A DNA stretch of 64,000 bases. Source: Verrucomicrobiota bacterium (GTDB taxonomy: Bacteria > Chlamydiota > Chlamydiia > Chlamydiales > SM23-39). Position numbers and translations under genes: made by a program. The notes under the pieces were generated by a model that was not told where the DNA came from, searched no databases, and saw only the letters and a program-made list of their open reading frames with translations. Shown piece after piece: positions 7,565-17,340 of this stretch; within the stretch, counting starts at the first letter, position 1; each line of letters begins with the position of its first letter. The DNA is taken from NCBI GenBank assembly GCA_028873375.1, contig JAGWKU010000001.1, positions 11,763-75,762 on the forward strand, in the 5' to 3' direction.

Positions 7565-10500
7565 TTGCCTTGCAGCCTCGACTCCTGTACTCGGCCCCCA
7601 TTTTCTCGAAGCTTCTGCAGGCACAGGAAAAACCTTTGCGGTCGAACACATCGTTGCGCGGCTTCTGCTGCATGAATCTCCCATGGAACTGGAACAGATT
7701 CTCGTTGTTACGTTTACTCGGGCGGCGGCTCGCGAACTCAAATTGAGGATTCGTTCTAATATAGAGCGGATTGCTCGCGGCCAACTGGTCCCATGGGAAT
7801 ATTTAGCCGCATGCAAGGACCCCTCGTCTGTTCGACAGCGGATGAGCGATGCTTTGGCCGCGTTTGATCGGTGTCAGATCTATACCATTCACGGTTTTTG
7901 CTCTCGGATGCTTCGCGAGTTTTCCTTTGAGGCTGGGATTGGCTTTACATGGAAGGAATCTTTTTCCTCTCCTCGGCTTTTAGCGGCTTTACAAGACTTT
8001 TTTGAGATGAAGCTGTCTAAGGAAGTCGTCAGTCCCGAGCAACTGGGCATTGTTGTTCGATGGGCAGGATCGGTGGAAGAATTGGGTCGCAAGCTCAAAA
8101 AAGCGGCCAAGATAGTGCCTGCAAAATTTTTTCGCGATCGAGAGGAAGAGTTTGCTGCTCTGTTGCAAAGCCGATCTCCTGAAGAATTGATTTCTCTAGC
8201 TCAAGAATTCGAAGCAGTAAAGTCGCTGTACAAAGCTGAAGTGAAAGGAGACTTTAAAGGACAGATAGAAGTTCTGAGCTCGTTCGATTGGGAAGCTGCA
8301 TTTCGAGAGTTGATTCGGCATAAAGGGACTCTTTTTCTCTATCTTGCCCCAGAGAATCGAAAAGTAAATGCAAAGGGATCTATGCCTCATCCTTTTTTCG
8401 ATTGGGGCCGGAAAACCTTATTGCCTCTGATCGAATCGGCGGCAGATCCTCAAGAAATTTTCCAACAGCTTCTTGCGGTTTGGAAACCCATTGAATTTCG
8501 GATTGCACAGGAAGAGGGGATTTTAAATCCCGATCAATTGCTGAGCACTATGGGTTCTGCTATCCAGCAAGAAACTTTTCGAAACAGTGTGCGAGGAAAA
8601 TATCGAGCCGTTCTCATCGATGAATTCCAAGACACCGACCCGATCCAGTGGGATATTTTCCAGGCCTTGTTTCTTCACCAAGTAGAGGCTCTTTATTTGA
8701 TCGGCGATCCCAAACAATCCATTTACCGGTTCCGACAAGCTGATCTCTATACCTATTTAAAAGCAAAAGAGACGATTGCTCCTCATTGTCACTTCCACCT
8801 AGATACCAATTTTCGTTCTTCCAAAGAATTGATTGGGGCTTTGAATCTCCTCTTTGATCGGGAGTGGCTTAAGTTGCCAAAAGAAGGGCGCACACTCCCC
8901 TATCTTCCTGTGCGGGCAGGTTTAGACCTTTCAACTGACTTTAAAGATGGGAAGGGAGCGATCCATTGCCTCTTGTTTCAAGAAGAAATTTCGGAGCTTT
9001 TCCCCTATCTTGTGCAGGAAATTAGAAATCTGAGAGACCAAGTTGTTTCGCTGAGCTCGTTTGCCGTATTGGTCAAAGATCGATACCAAGCAGCCGCTGT
9101 GCAGCAGGCGCTTGCCATTGCTGGAATTTCGAGTATGGCTAAGAGCCAAGAACCTCTTTCTGAAACGCTCGCTTTTGAAGCGATGGAAGAGTTGTTTGAA
9201 GCTCTTCGGGAGCCAAGACATTTAGGGAAAGCGAAGGTTGTTTTAGCAGGCCCTTTTGGAAGATATGCTGCAGAAGAACTACAACGGGTGGAAGAATCTC
9301 CTTTCGTAGAACTGCGGGCTATTCTGGAAGAGAAAGGATGGACAGCGGCTTGCCAAGCCTTTTTAAAAATGCGCTCCAAAGGGAAGACAGTCCAAGAAAA
9401 CATGGCTTTACAAGGCCGCTCCTTCTATGCCGATTGCCACCAAGTCTTTGAAGTTCTTTTAGATTGGGAGCGAAGAGAGGGCTTTTCCTTTGAGGGATTG
9501 GGTCGATTCTTTGATTCTCTTCATCGGATGGATCCTGAAGAAGCGCCTTGCCAGAGGAAAGATTCTGATGCGGAGGCCGTCCAAATCATGACAATGCATG
9601 TGAGCAAGGGGCTGGAATTTGATGTGGTATTTGCATTGGGCTTGGGAACGAGAACTCCAGAGTGTGATGTAGAGGCAGAGGCAGAAAAATTAAGACAGTT
9701 ATATGTAGCGACTACTAGAGCTAAACGGCGGCTTTACATCCCGATCCCTACGAGCTTGAAAAAAGCAGAAATGGGGACTCATGCCCCCATTGAGCTCTTT
9801 TGTGAAACATTGGGATCTTGGAAGGAAGAGCTTCGCCGTTTATCAGGAGAGGCGAGTTTGTCGATCGAAGAATTGCCCTCTCTGGTTGCCGTAACTCCTC
9901 CCTTTCATTTTACTCCTTCTCTTGTTCCTCCTGCCTTCCAGTTACCCTCGGTATCACCTTCCTATCTTCTCTCTTTCACGGCGCTGGCAAAAGAAACTTC
10001 TCTCAAACCTCTGGCTTCTATCGCTGACCCACAAGGAAATTATACAATTCATAATTTACCGAGAGGTCCAGAAACAGGAGTCGTTCTCCACGCGCTTTTT
10101 GAATGGATCTATCAAGAAAAGCAAGCTTGGAAATCTCCTGAACGAATCCAAGAAATCGTAGAGCAAGATCTTCCGGCTCTCTTTTCTCCGTGGAAAAAAG
10201 CGATTCTCCAAATGATCGAAGAGACGCTTACTTTCCGTTTGCCTATGGGGTTTTGCTTGCGCGATGTAAAGCCAGGAAATGTCCTCGTTGAAACAGAGTT
10301 TGTCTTTCAATCGCAGAAGAATTTTCTGACGGGATTCATTGATCTTTTGTTTATTCATGAGGAGAAGGTATATTTCGTTGATTGGAAGACGAATTGGCTT
10401 GGCGAAGATGCAAGCCATTATTCAGAGCCAGAGTTAAAAGCAGCCATTGCTGCGCATCAGTATGACTTGCAAGCTCGCATTTATAGAGAAGCATTAGAAC

Positions 10501-10589
10501 GAGTAGGGATCGAAACACCTTCCGCTATTTATTTCTTTGTTCGAGGCCCACAGGCAATCTGTTTTCACCCTGAGGATAGACATGGATGA
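7551..10589 (+). CDS. recB: Exodeoxyribonuclease V beta subunit RecB (helicase-nuclease)
   Basis: UvrD-type motif I is AGTGKTF, with VLIDEFQDTD and motif VI YVATTRAKRRLYI. The C-terminal nuclease motif is GFIDLLF...YFVDWKTN. ATG 7551 overlaps the recC stop; GTG 7545 is an alternative start. Confidence 0.9.
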   Translation: MQKFDCLAASTPVLGPHFLEASAGTGKTFAVEHIVARLLLHESPMELEQILVVTFTRAAARELKLRIRSNIERIARGQLVPWEYLAACKDPSSVRQRMSDALAAFDRCQIYTIHGFCSRMLREFSFEAGIGFTWKESFSSPRLLAALQDFFEMKLSKEVVSPEQLGIVVRWAGSVEELGRKLKKAAKIVPAKFFRDREEEFAALLQSRSPEELISLAQEFEAVKSLYKAEVKGDFKGQIEVLSSFDWEAAFRELIRHKGTLFLYLAPENRKVNAKGSMPHPFFDWGRKTLLPLIESAADPQEIFQQLLAVWKPIEFRIAQEEGILNPDQLLSTMGSAIQQETFRNSVRGKYRAVLIDEFQDTDPIQWDIFQALFLHQVEALYLIGDPKQSIYRFRQADLYTYLKAKETIAPHCHFHLDTNFRSSKELIGALNLLFDREWLKLPKEGRTLPYLPVRAGLDLSTDFKDGKGAIHCLLFQEEISELFPYLVQEIRNLRDQVVSLSSFAVLVKDRYQAAAVQQALAIAGISSMAKSQEPLSETLAFEAMEELFEALREPRHLGKAKVVLAGPFGRYAAEELQRVEESPFVELRAILEEKGWTAACQAFLKMRSKGKTVQENMALQGRSFYADCHQVFEVLLDWERREGFSFEGLGRFFDSLHRMDPEEAPCQRKDSDAEAVQIMTMHVSKGLEFDVVFALGLGTRTPECDVEAEAEKLRQLYVATTRAKRRLYIPIPTSLKKAEMGTHAPIELFCETLGSWKEELRRLSGEASLSIEELPSLVAVTPPFHFTPSLVPPAFQLPSVSPSYLLSFTALAKETSLKPLASIADPQGNYTIHNLPRGPETGVVLHALFEWIYQEKQAWKSPERIQEIVEQDLPALFSPWKKAILQMIEETLTFRLPMGFCLRDVKPGNVLVETEFVFQSQKNFLTGFIDLLFIHEEKVYFVDWKTNWLGEDASHYSEPELKAAIAAHQYDLQARIYREALERVGIETPSAIYFFVRGPQAICFHPEDRHG

Positions 10590-12123
10590 ACTTTCTTTAG
10601 AAAAGCGCCTTGTCAATCGAATTCTACGAGAGAAAAAATCTCCGCAGCTTGAAGAGTTTCTTCTCGGATTTTTAGAAAGTGTGAGGGAAGGACATCTCTG
10701 CTCCAAAATAGACGATCCTTCCCTTCTTCCCTCAGATGTTGTGTCAATAGGAGATGAGCAAACTCCTTTTCCAGAAAAGCCCCTTGTTTTGCAGGAAAAT
10801 CGCCTCTATTTACAGCGCAATTGGGCACTTGAATCTCTGATTGTTCACAAAGCGGCGGAACTCTCTTCACGAACTCCCGTTGTCTTAGATCGGCACCGCT
10901 TTGAGCAGGCGTTGACATCGATGCAAGAAACGCTTCAGCCGGGCCAAAAAAAAGCCATTGAAAGAGCCTATGACCAAATGTTTTCTCTCTTTACTGGAGG
11001 TCCGGGAACTGGCAAAACTTACACGGCAGGTTGTTTTATCCGCCTTCTAGCGGCTTGCCATCCGACTCCTCCGTTTAAAGTAGTGATTGCGGCGCCAACA
11101 GGAAAAGCGGCAGCGCACTTAGAGAGCTCATTAAAAGCTCAGAGTTCTTTGTATTTTCATTGCGAATCGATGACGCTTCATCGTTTACTAAAGTTATATC
11201 CCGGCCAGCATCGCTTTTTTTCAGATAGATTAATTGATGCTGATCTAGTGGTGGTAGATGAAGCTTCAATGATCGATGTTTCTCTTATGCTTCATTTATT
11301 AAATTCAATCGGCCCCGAAACGCGTCTCCTATTATTAGGAGATCCCAATCAACTCCCGCCCGTCGAAGCTGGGAGTCTTTTTGCAGAGATGGCAGAATTG
11401 CTTGGTCACCCTCTTGAACGATCTATGCGAACAGCTGATCCATTTTTGCTTAGCTTGGCAGAAGCGATTCAAAAAGGAGATATCCAGCCAATTCGAGAAG
11501 CGATCACTCCTTTCCCAAATTCGCTCATCGAAGAACTTTGCAGGCGGCTCCATTCGCCGATTCATTCTGTTTCGCCTGATCCTATGGGTTGCTTGCAAGA
11601 GCAAAAGCGGTTTCGTATTTTGTGTGCTTTGCGCCAAGGGCCTTTAGGAGTAGATGCTTTAAACCGAGAATTGATCCATCGATTTGAAAGGCAACTGGGG
11701 CCAGCAGATTGGCTATCGATACCTATTTTGATTACCCAAAATGATCCGCGGAGACAGCTTTACAATGGGACGATGGGAGTATTGATTCAGCAAGCAAGAG
11801 GAACTCAAGGAACTGCTTATTTAATGACGGGAGACCAAGTCCGTGCCTTTCCTGTCAATGCTCTACCTCATTTTGAGGCAGCTTTTTGTCTATCTGTGCA
11901 CAAGAGCCAGGGAAGCGAATTCGAAGAGGTAATGATTCTTTTTCCACCAGGGAGTGAGCGATTCGGTAAAGAAGCTCTTTACACGGCGGTCACGCGGGCA
12001 AAGAGAAAGGCGATGTTGATGGGGGATGCGGCTTTATTGGAAGAGGCTTTAAAAATGCCTTTGCGAAAACGCTCTGGTTTTACAGAGCGTTTCCTTGCGT
12101 TTAAGCAGAAACTCTGTTGCTAA
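10582..12123 (+). CDS. recD: Exodeoxyribonuclease V alpha subunit RecD
   Basis: Walker A is GGPGTGKTYT, with VVVDEASMID and a C-terminal SVHKSQGSEF...YTAVTRAK. ATG 10582 overlaps the recB stop by 8 nt. Confidence 0.9.
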   Translation: MDELSLEKRLVNRILREKKSPQLEEFLLGFLESVREGHLCSKIDDPSLLPSDVVSIGDEQTPFPEKPLVLQENRLYLQRNWALESLIVHKAAELSSRTPVVLDRHRFEQALTSMQETLQPGQKKAIERAYDQMFSLFTGGPGTGKTYTAGCFIRLLAACHPTPPFKVVIAAPTGKAAAHLESSLKAQSSLYFHCESMTLHRLLKLYPGQHRFFSDRLIDADLVVVDEASMIDVSLMLHLLNSIGPETRLLLLGDPNQLPPVEAGSLFAEMAELLGHPLERSMRTADPFLLSLAEAIQKGDIQPIREAITPFPNSLIEELCRRLHSPIHSVSPDPMGCLQEQKRFRILCALRQGPLGVDALNRELIHRFERQLGPADWLSIPILITQNDPRRQLYNGTMGVLIQQARGTQGTAYLMTGDQVRAFPVNALPHFEAAFCLSVHKSQGSEFEEVMILFPPGSERFGKEALYTAVTRAKRKAMLMGDAALLEEALKMPLRKRSGFTERFLAFKQKLCC

Positions 12124-12409
12124 GACGAGATTTAGTGCGAGATGCTTTTTGTCTCTTATAAACCCCGTGTTTGACGCCTTTATCGACCAGACTAAACACG
12201 CTATTTAATCGAGATTGAATAGCTTCTTTTGGTTGTTTTTCCGAAAGAGCCTGTTCCAAATGGCGAATAGCGGTATGAACCTTGGCTTCGTAAGAGCGGT
12301 TTCGAAGGCGACGCTTTTCGCTCTGTAGATTTCTCTTCAGGGCGGAAGGGCGTTTTTGCTTGCCCTCTTTTTTCTTGTCAGGGGCTTTTTGTGCTTGTTG
12401 TTCGGCCAT
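12101..12409 (-). CDS. rpsT: 30S ribosomal protein S20
   Basis: A basic 102-aa protein containing KRNLQSEKRRLRNRSYEAKVHTAIR, typical of bS20. It overlaps the convergent recD 3' end by 23 nt. Confidence 0.85.
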   Translation of the reverse strand: MAEQQAQKAPDKKKEGKQKRPSALKRNLQSEKRRLRNRSYEAKVHTAIRHLEQALSEKQPKEAIQSRLNSVFSLVDKGVKHGVYKRQKASRTKSRLSNRVSA

Positions 12410-12588
12410 ATAAGAATCCTTTCATAGGCTTGAAAGGCTCCAATTATAGCGATTTCTTCTTAAACCGACAAGGAATCTTCTTCATTATCAATGAAGCTCT
12501 CTGGACCCTTTGTTTCCCAGCTCGCTTTGGCTCTTTGTTTTAATTTCGTTAAAACAATATAATATTAGCAATCAAATAGAAGAAATTC

Positions 12589-12975
12589 ATGGAATTGGAA
12601 CGTTTTTCTCTTTCCGAAGGCTTTTTTAGTTGTTCGGAACCCCTTGTAAATCCGGAAGTTACTGAATTTAAGTCAATTAAAGGAAGGCTCTCCGCCTTTC
12701 TCAACCTATTAGACAAGCTCGCCCTGGTCCCTTTGGCCTTTTTCTATAAGCTCTATAAGTCGTTCTTTTGCTGTCTCCGGGTAGGGGTTGGAGCTATAGG
12801 CCTTTTCCTGACGTTTGGCATGGCCCCTCTGATTCGCGAATTTTTTGTGGAGCACGTTTCTTTGCTGGCTCGCGATTTAGCTGACTGGGTGCTTTGGCCC
12901 ATGGCAGTTTTGACCTGCTTAGGAAGACTCCTTCTAGCTACTCTGGTTCATCCCGCCCTTTACTTCGGTTTTTAG
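12589..12975 (+). CDS. Hypothetical small membrane protein (128 aa)
   Basis: ATG start with two or three hydrophobic segments. No recognisable family. Confidence 0.4.
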   Translation: MELERFSLSEGFFSCSEPLVNPEVTEFKSIKGRLSAFLNLLDKLALVPLAFFYKLYKSFFCCLRVGVGAIGLFLTFGMAPLIREFFVEHVSLLARDLADWVLWPMAVLTCLGRLLLATLVHPALYFGF

Positions 12976-13847
12976 CGAGCCGCCTTTTCTAAGAGATGGC
13001 GCATCAAAAGGCCGAGAGGCTCGAGAAAGCAAAATCTCACTATTTTTTTTAACAATTTCCATTTCTCTTTTTGTTGATGCTGAGAAAGGGTGAGGATTTC
13101 GAGAGCTCGAAAATTTTCGATGGCAAATCGAAGGGCTGGGACTGTGTCCGAAAGAAGTGCCTTATGGATTAAATCGCCATGAAAAAAAAGATTGGTAAGG
13201 GCTGTTTTTTGGATGATTTGGCGGGGCCATCTTTTTTCTTCCCATGTAAAGACAGGAAGGCGACCCGGAAATTTTAGCTCTACTTTAAAACATTGCCCTC
13301 GTCGAATGCGCCGTTCATTATGGAAAATTTCAAATTGGTCGTAGAAGATAGGAAACATCTGTTTGCGGAGAGTGGCGTAATAGCAGGGAGTTTGTCGAAT
13401 GAGTTTTTCGGCCGGGCGGAGAATGCGACGGTTGAAAACACGGTCATCGAGAATCCAGACGATTTGATAGCCGACTTTCTGGTAGTCGCGCATTCGTTGC
13501 TTGGCTTCGTGAGGGGTGAGAAGGGAGCATTGAATTTCAAAAATAAGTTTATAAGGTTCCCACACAACGTCAGCTACTCGAAGGATTTCGGGAAATGGCT
13601 TTTCGAGAATTGTTTGCGCAGCTGGTAGAATTTTTTGAAGAGCGAGTTGGGCCAGGAGATGGTCTTGGCTTTTGCTATAAAGGCGGCAAGTGGGGGATTG
13701 GCTGAGATGGTAGAAATGGGGAACGCGATAGGGGCCTCGCCGCACTTTGACAGGACGATGGCAGCCTGTGCAGCGGTAGACCCGCCGCTCTTCAGCCTCT
13801 GCTGCGTAAATTAAGATTTCGTCTTCTTCTAGGGCGTAAAGTGTCAT
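12972..13847 (-). CDS. CoiA-like competence-family nuclease
   Basis: The N-terminal Cys pair plus HF-H block (YRCTGCHRPVKVRRGPYRVPHFYHL...C...SQDHLLAQL), followed by ADVVWE and FEIQCSLLTPHEAKQRMRDYQKVGYQIVWIL, matches the CoiA family pattern as I recall it. The ATG is one codon inside the TTG at 13850. Confidence 0.65.
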   Translation of the reverse strand: MTLYALEEDEILIYAAEAEERRVYRCTGCHRPVKVRRGPYRVPHFYHLSQSPTCRLYSKSQDHLLAQLALQKILPAAQTILEKPFPEILRVADVVWEPYKLIFEIQCSLLTPHEAKQRMRDYQKVGYQIVWILDDRVFNRRILRPAEKLIRQTPCYYATLRKQMFPIFYDQFEIFHNERRIRRGQCFKVELKFPGRLPVFTWEEKRWPRQIIQKTALTNLFFHGDLIHKALLSDTVPALRFAIENFRALEILTLSQHQQKEKWKLLKKIVRFCFLEPLGLLMRHLLEKAAR

Positions 13848-13881
13848 CAAGCTTGCAAATAATCTAAGAGCTTATATGATA

Positions 13882-13910
13882 TTGACATAAAGGGGGCCCT
13901 TGTCCACAAT
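13882..13910 (+). promoter_or_regulatory. Candidate sigma-70/66-type promoter upstream of rpoD
   Basis: TTGACA (13882-13887), a 17-nt spacer and CACAAT (13905-13910) lie about 55 nt upstream of the rpoD ATG. Confidence 0.35.
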
Positions 13911-13964
13911 ATTTTCGTTTGTCCTCATTGCAAATAGACGATCTTTTCTTCATTTTAGGAGCTC

Positions 13965-15623
13965 ATGAGCGGTACCACAGCCTTTAGTAACCCCCAGCAT
14001 CAGCAAAAAATAGAGGAGCTTGTAGCGATTGCCAAAGAGCAAGGCTACCTCACGTATGAGGAGATCAATGAAATTCTCCCCATGACGTTCGATTCTCCTG
14101 AGCAAATCGACCAAGTGTTGATTTTCTTGGGAGGAATGGACATCCAAGTCCTCAACCAAGCTGAAGTAGAACGACAAAAAGAGCGTAAAAAGGAAGCCAA
14201 AGAACTCGAAGGGCTCCCAAAACGGACAGAGGGCACTTCTGACGACCCTGTGAGAATGTATCTCAAAGAAATGGGATCGGTTCCTCTCTTAACACGTGAA
14301 GAGGAAGTAGAGATTTCTAAGCGCATTGAAAAAGCGCAAATTCAAATTGAAAAGATTATTTTACGTTTTCGCTATTCAACTCGAGAAGCGATCTCAATTG
14401 CCCACTACTTAATTTCAGGCAAAGATCGATTTGATAAGCTTATTTCGGAAAAAGAAGTCGCCGATAAAGGGCAATTCCTTTCCCTTCTTCCTAAGTTGTC
14501 TGAGTTGATGAAAAAAGAAGATCAGCTATTAGAACAACTGCTGATTCAAGCCCGTGATCCCAATCTTAAAAAAGAAGACCGCGCGCAATTGATGGAAGAT
14601 GTTGAGAAGTGTCGCATCCGTTCGCAAGCCTATTTGCGTAGATTTTGCTGCCGACACAACATCATCGAAGATTTTGGCGAGGTCATCCTGGCAGCTTATG
14701 AGCGATTCCTCATATTAGAAAAAGAGATCCAAGAACTCACCCCCCGCGCAGAGAAGAACAAATTTGCGGCCGCGAAACTCGCTGCAGCAAAACGGAAATT
14801 GTATAAGCGGGAACTCGCTGCAGGACGCAATTTAGAAGAGTTTAAAAAAGATGTCCGAATGCTTCAGCGCTGGATGGATAAGAGCCAGGAAGCTAAGCGC
14901 GAAATGGTCGAATCCAACTTGCGACTAGTCATTTCGATTGCGAAGAAATACACCAACCGCGGCCTTTCTTTCCTCGATCTAATCCAGGAAGGAAACATGG
15001 GTCTGATGAAAGCCGTCGAAAAATTCGAATATCGGCGCGGTTACAAGTTTTCGACCTATGCGACGTGGTGGATTCGACAGGCAGTGACCCGTGCGATTGC
15101 TGACCAGGCACGCACAATCCGTATTCCTGTCCATATGATTGAAACGATCAATAAAGTTCTCCGCGGAGCGAAAAAGCTCATGATGGAGACAGGTCGGGAA
15201 CCTACTCCGGAAGAATTGGCCAATGAACTTGGACTCACGCCGGAGCGGGTACGCGAAATTTACAAAATCGCTCAACATCCAATCTCTTTGCAAGCTGAAG
15301 TAGGAGATGGTGGTGAAAGTCAATTTGGCGACTTCCTTGAAGATACGGCGATCGAATCGCCAGCAGAAGCGACTGGCTACGCGATTTTAAAAGACAAGAT
15401 GAACGAAGTTCTTGCGACTCTTACAGAGCGCGAGAGAACTGTTTTGATTGAGCGATTTGGTCTTCTCGATGGAAAGCCTAAGACGCTGGAAGAGGTGGGC
15501 GTTCGTTTCAAAGTCACTCGCGAGCGGGTACGTCAAATTGAAGCCAAAGCGCTTCGTAAAATGCGACATCCTACTCGTGCTAAACAACTTCAAGCTTTCT
15601 TGGACCTCCTCGAAGGGGAATGA
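13965..15623 (+). CDS. rpoD: Primary RNA polymerase sigma factor (sigma-70 / chlamydial sigma-66)
   Basis: Region 2 reads [54 protein letters not shown]. Region 4 reads [28 protein letters not shown]. Confidence 0.97.
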   Translation: MSGTTAFSNPQHQQKIEELVAIAKEQGYLTYEEINEILPMTFDSPEQIDQVLIFLGGMDIQVLNQAEVERQKERKKEAKELEGLPKRTEGTSDDPVRMYLKEMGSVPLLTREEEVEISKRIEKAQIQIEKIILRFRYSTREAISIAHYLISGKDRFDKLISEKEVADKGQFLSLLPKLSELMKKEDQLLEQLLIQARDPNLKKEDRAQLMEDVEKCRIRSQAYLRRFCCRHNIIEDFGEVILAAYERFLILEKEIQELTPRAEKNKFAAAKLAAAKRKLYKRELAAGRNLEEFKKDVRMLQRWMDKSQEAKREMVESNLRLVISIAKKYTNRGLSFLDLIQEGNMGLMKAVEKFEYRRGYKFSTYATWWIRQAVTRAIADQARTIRIPVHMIETINKVLRGAKKLMMETGREPTPEELANELGLTPERVREIYKIAQHPISLQAEVGDGGESQFGDFLEDTAIESPAEATGYAILKDKMNEVLATLTERERTVLIERFGLLDGKPKTLEEVGVRFKVTRERVRQIEAKALRKMRHPTRAKQLQAFLDLLEGE

Positions 15624-15640
15624 TTTTTCTCCCCGTTCCT

Positions 15641-15663
15641 AAATGTAAAGCCGCTTTACATTT
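15641..15663. repeat. Palindromic repeat AAATGTAAAGC-c-GCTTTACATTT, first of a tandem pair after rpoD
   Basis: Perfect 11-bp arms. It starts 18 nt after the rpoD stop. Confidence 0.95.
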
Positions 15664-15677
15664 GATTCTGCGTTCGA

Positions 15678-15702
15678 CAAATGTAAAGCCGCTTTACATT
15701 TG
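15678..15702. repeat. Palindromic repeat CAAATGTAAAGC-c-GCTTTACATTTG, second of the tandem pair
   Basis: Perfect 12-bp arms. About 15 bp separates it from the first copy. Confidence 0.95.
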
Positions 15703-15749
15703 AACGAAAATCTTGATAGAAGGAGGAAAACCCCAACTGGAGGATAAGG

Positions 15750-15965
15750 ATGAATCTCAAACAAATCATTGGTTTGGTCTTGTTGGCAATTGGCGTCATC
15801 ATGATCATTTATGCAGTTCAATCAATGAATTCTTTCACAACACATGAAATCACTCGCAAAATCACTGGCAGATGGGACAGAGAAAATCTTAGCTATGTGG
15901 GAGTGGGGGCTCTATTAATAATCGGTGGAGCTGTTGCGGCGTTCTTTTACCGCAAGAAGAGATAG
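15750..15965 (+). CDS. Small two-TM membrane protein (71 aa, DUF3185-like)
   Basis: A GGAGGA Shine-Dalgarno sequence lies 7 nt upstream of the ATG. Two hydrophobic helices flank a polar loop, and the C-terminus is the basic YRKKR. Confidence 0.55.
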   Translation: MNLKQIIGLVLLAIGVIMIIYAVQSMNSFTTHEITRKITGRWDRENLSYVGVGALLIIGGAVAAFFYRKKR

Positions 15966-15967
15966 TT

Positions 15968-16040
15968 TGGAGCGTATCGGAGTCGAACCGATGGCCTCAA
16001 CAATGCCATTGTTGCGCTCTACCAACTGAGCTAACGCCCC
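15968..16040 (-). tRNA. tRNA-Ala (anticodon GGC)
   Basis: The reverse complement GGGGCGTTAGCTCAGTTGGTAGAGCGCAACAATGGCATTGTTGAGGCCATCGGTTCGACTCCGATACGCTCCA folds as a cloverleaf. It has the G3:U70 Ala identity pair, an anticodon loop AT-GGC-AT and a T-loop TTCGACT. CCA is not encoded. Confidence 0.93.
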
Positions 16041-16067
16041 ACTAGAGTCTGGGCCAAAATTCTAGAA

Positions 16068-16104
16068 GGAAACCCTATTTTGATTCAAGAAGGGTTTCCT
16101 TTTT
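16068..16104 (+). terminator. Hairpin plus T5 (possible intrinsic terminator)
   Basis: GGAAACCCT, a 14-nt loop, AGGGTTTCC and then TTTTT. Which transcript it would terminate is unclear, because the tRNA-Ala between it and the upstream plus-strand gene is on the opposite strand. Confidence 0.35.
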
Positions 16105-16146
16105 GCTCTTATTTTCTCAATCGGGTATTTTTTTCTCGAGGTTCAT

Positions 16147-17340
16147 ATGATTTTTTTTGAACATGTAATAGAAGGCCCTCCCGATGCCGTCTTTGGGTTG
16201 ATGGGAACATTTCGAGCTGATCAAAGACCCGAGAAAATCAATTTAATGGTCGGAATCTACAAAGATGAGCATCTCAAAAGCGAAGTGATGCCGGTAGTGA
16301 AAAAGGCGAAGGAAAAAGTGCTCGCCTCTGATCAAATGGCCGATTATTTGCCTTTTGACGGGGCTCCCCAGTTCTTTGAGTCCTTGGGTAAATTGGTCTT
16401 TAGAGAATGGGGGAACGTCGAAGATCGGGTATATGCCACACAGGCCATTGGCGGTACAGGGGCCCTTCGACTGGGGGCTGACTTTTTGGCTCAGGAAGTT
16501 GGAAAGAGGGTTTGGATCCCGCAGCCGACGTGGGCTAATCATCGGGGAATCTTTGAAAGGGCTGGCTTTACAGTAGAGACATTGCCCTATTATAGCTCGG
16601 CCCAGCATGGGATTGATAAGAGTGCTTATTTCAAACATCTTCGCTCGCTTCCTCCAAAAAGCGTCGTTCTCTTCCATGGAACGTGTCACAATCCGACTGG
16701 ATGTGATCCTACGCTGGAAGAATGGAAAGAAATTTCTCACATCTGCAAGGAGCGTTCTCTCCTTCCTTTCTTCGATTTTGCTTACCAGGGATTTGGAGAT
16801 GGGGTTGAGGAGGATGCAGGGCCGGTGCGTCTTTTTCTCGATGAAGGACATGAGTTTTTAGTGGCTTATTCGTGTTCGAAGAACTTTAGTTTGTATTGTC
16901 AGAGGGTTGGAGCTCTCTTTGTCGTCTGCAAAGAGGCGGCTGTAAAGCCAAGAGTAGGAAGTCAAATCAAGAGAATTATCCGAACGACGTATTCCAATCC
17001 TCCTGCTCATGGGGCCAAAATTGTAGCGGAAGTTTTAAACGACCGAGCGTTGAAGGTTGAGTGGTTGAAAGAATTAGATCAGATGCGCCACCGTATTTCG
17101 CAAGCGCGCGCTTTGTTGGTCAAAAAATTAGTCGCTAAAGCAAAGAAAATCGACTTTCGATTTGTACAGCAGCACAAAGGAATGTTTTCTTATCTCGATC
17201 TAAGTCCCAAGCAAGTAAAAGAATTGATGGAGAAGCATGGGATTTACATGTTGGATAGCGGCCGGATCAATGTGGCAGGATTGACTTCTCAAAATATCGA
17301 TCGTGTAGTAGACCAGGTGATTGCGGTGAGTGAAGCGTGA
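16147..17340 (+). CDS. aspC: Aspartate/aromatic aminotransferase (class I)
   Basis: It carries the PLP-lysine motif SCSKNFSLYCQRVGAL, the GTCHNPTG block and the conserved YSNPPAHGA. Confidence 0.9.
   Translation: MIFFEHVIEGPPDAVFGLMGTFRADQRPEKINLMVGIYKDEHLKSEVMPVVKKAKEKVLASDQMADYLPFDGAPQFFESLGKLVFREWGNVEDRVYATQAIGGTGALRLGADFLAQEVGKRVWIPQPTWANHRGIFERAGFTVETLPYYSSAQHGIDKSAYFKHLRSLPPKSVVLFHGTCHNPTGCDPTLEEWKEISHICKERSLLPFFDFAYQGFGDGVEEDAGPVRLFLDEGHEFLVAYSCSKNFSLYCQRVGALFVVCKEAAVKPRVGSQIKRIIRTTYSNPPAHGAKIVAEVLNDRALKVEWLKELDQMRHRISQARALLVKKLVAKAKKIDFRFVQQHKGMFSYLDLSPKQVKELMEKHGIYMLDSGRINVAGLTSQNIDRVVDQVIAVSEA

Noticed and set aside
9721-9742. The partial palindrome match GCGGCTTTACAT inside recB looked like a degenerate ninth copy.
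   Set aside because: It encodes the RRLYI of helicase motif VI (TRAKRRLYI), so protein constraint alone can explain it. I count it only as a half-site.
15641-15702. The two identical units with a short spacer after rpoD looked briefly like a minimal CRISPR array.
   Set aside because: There are only two units, each is a perfect palindrome, and the same unit occurs singly at six other loci. No leader or cas genes are present. It is a dispersed palindromic repeat, not a CRISPR.
15968-16040. I considered the tRNA genes (here and at 62921-63010) as integration sites for a genomic island or prophage.
   Set aside because: No integrase, transposase, phage genes or direct repeats of the tRNA 3' end were seen in the flanks. 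The neighbouring genes are ordinary core genes, apart from the small orphan ORF pair reported separately.
16243-16851. A 202-aa minus-strand ORF.
   Set aside because: It is antisense within aspC, which has unambiguous aminotransferase motifs.
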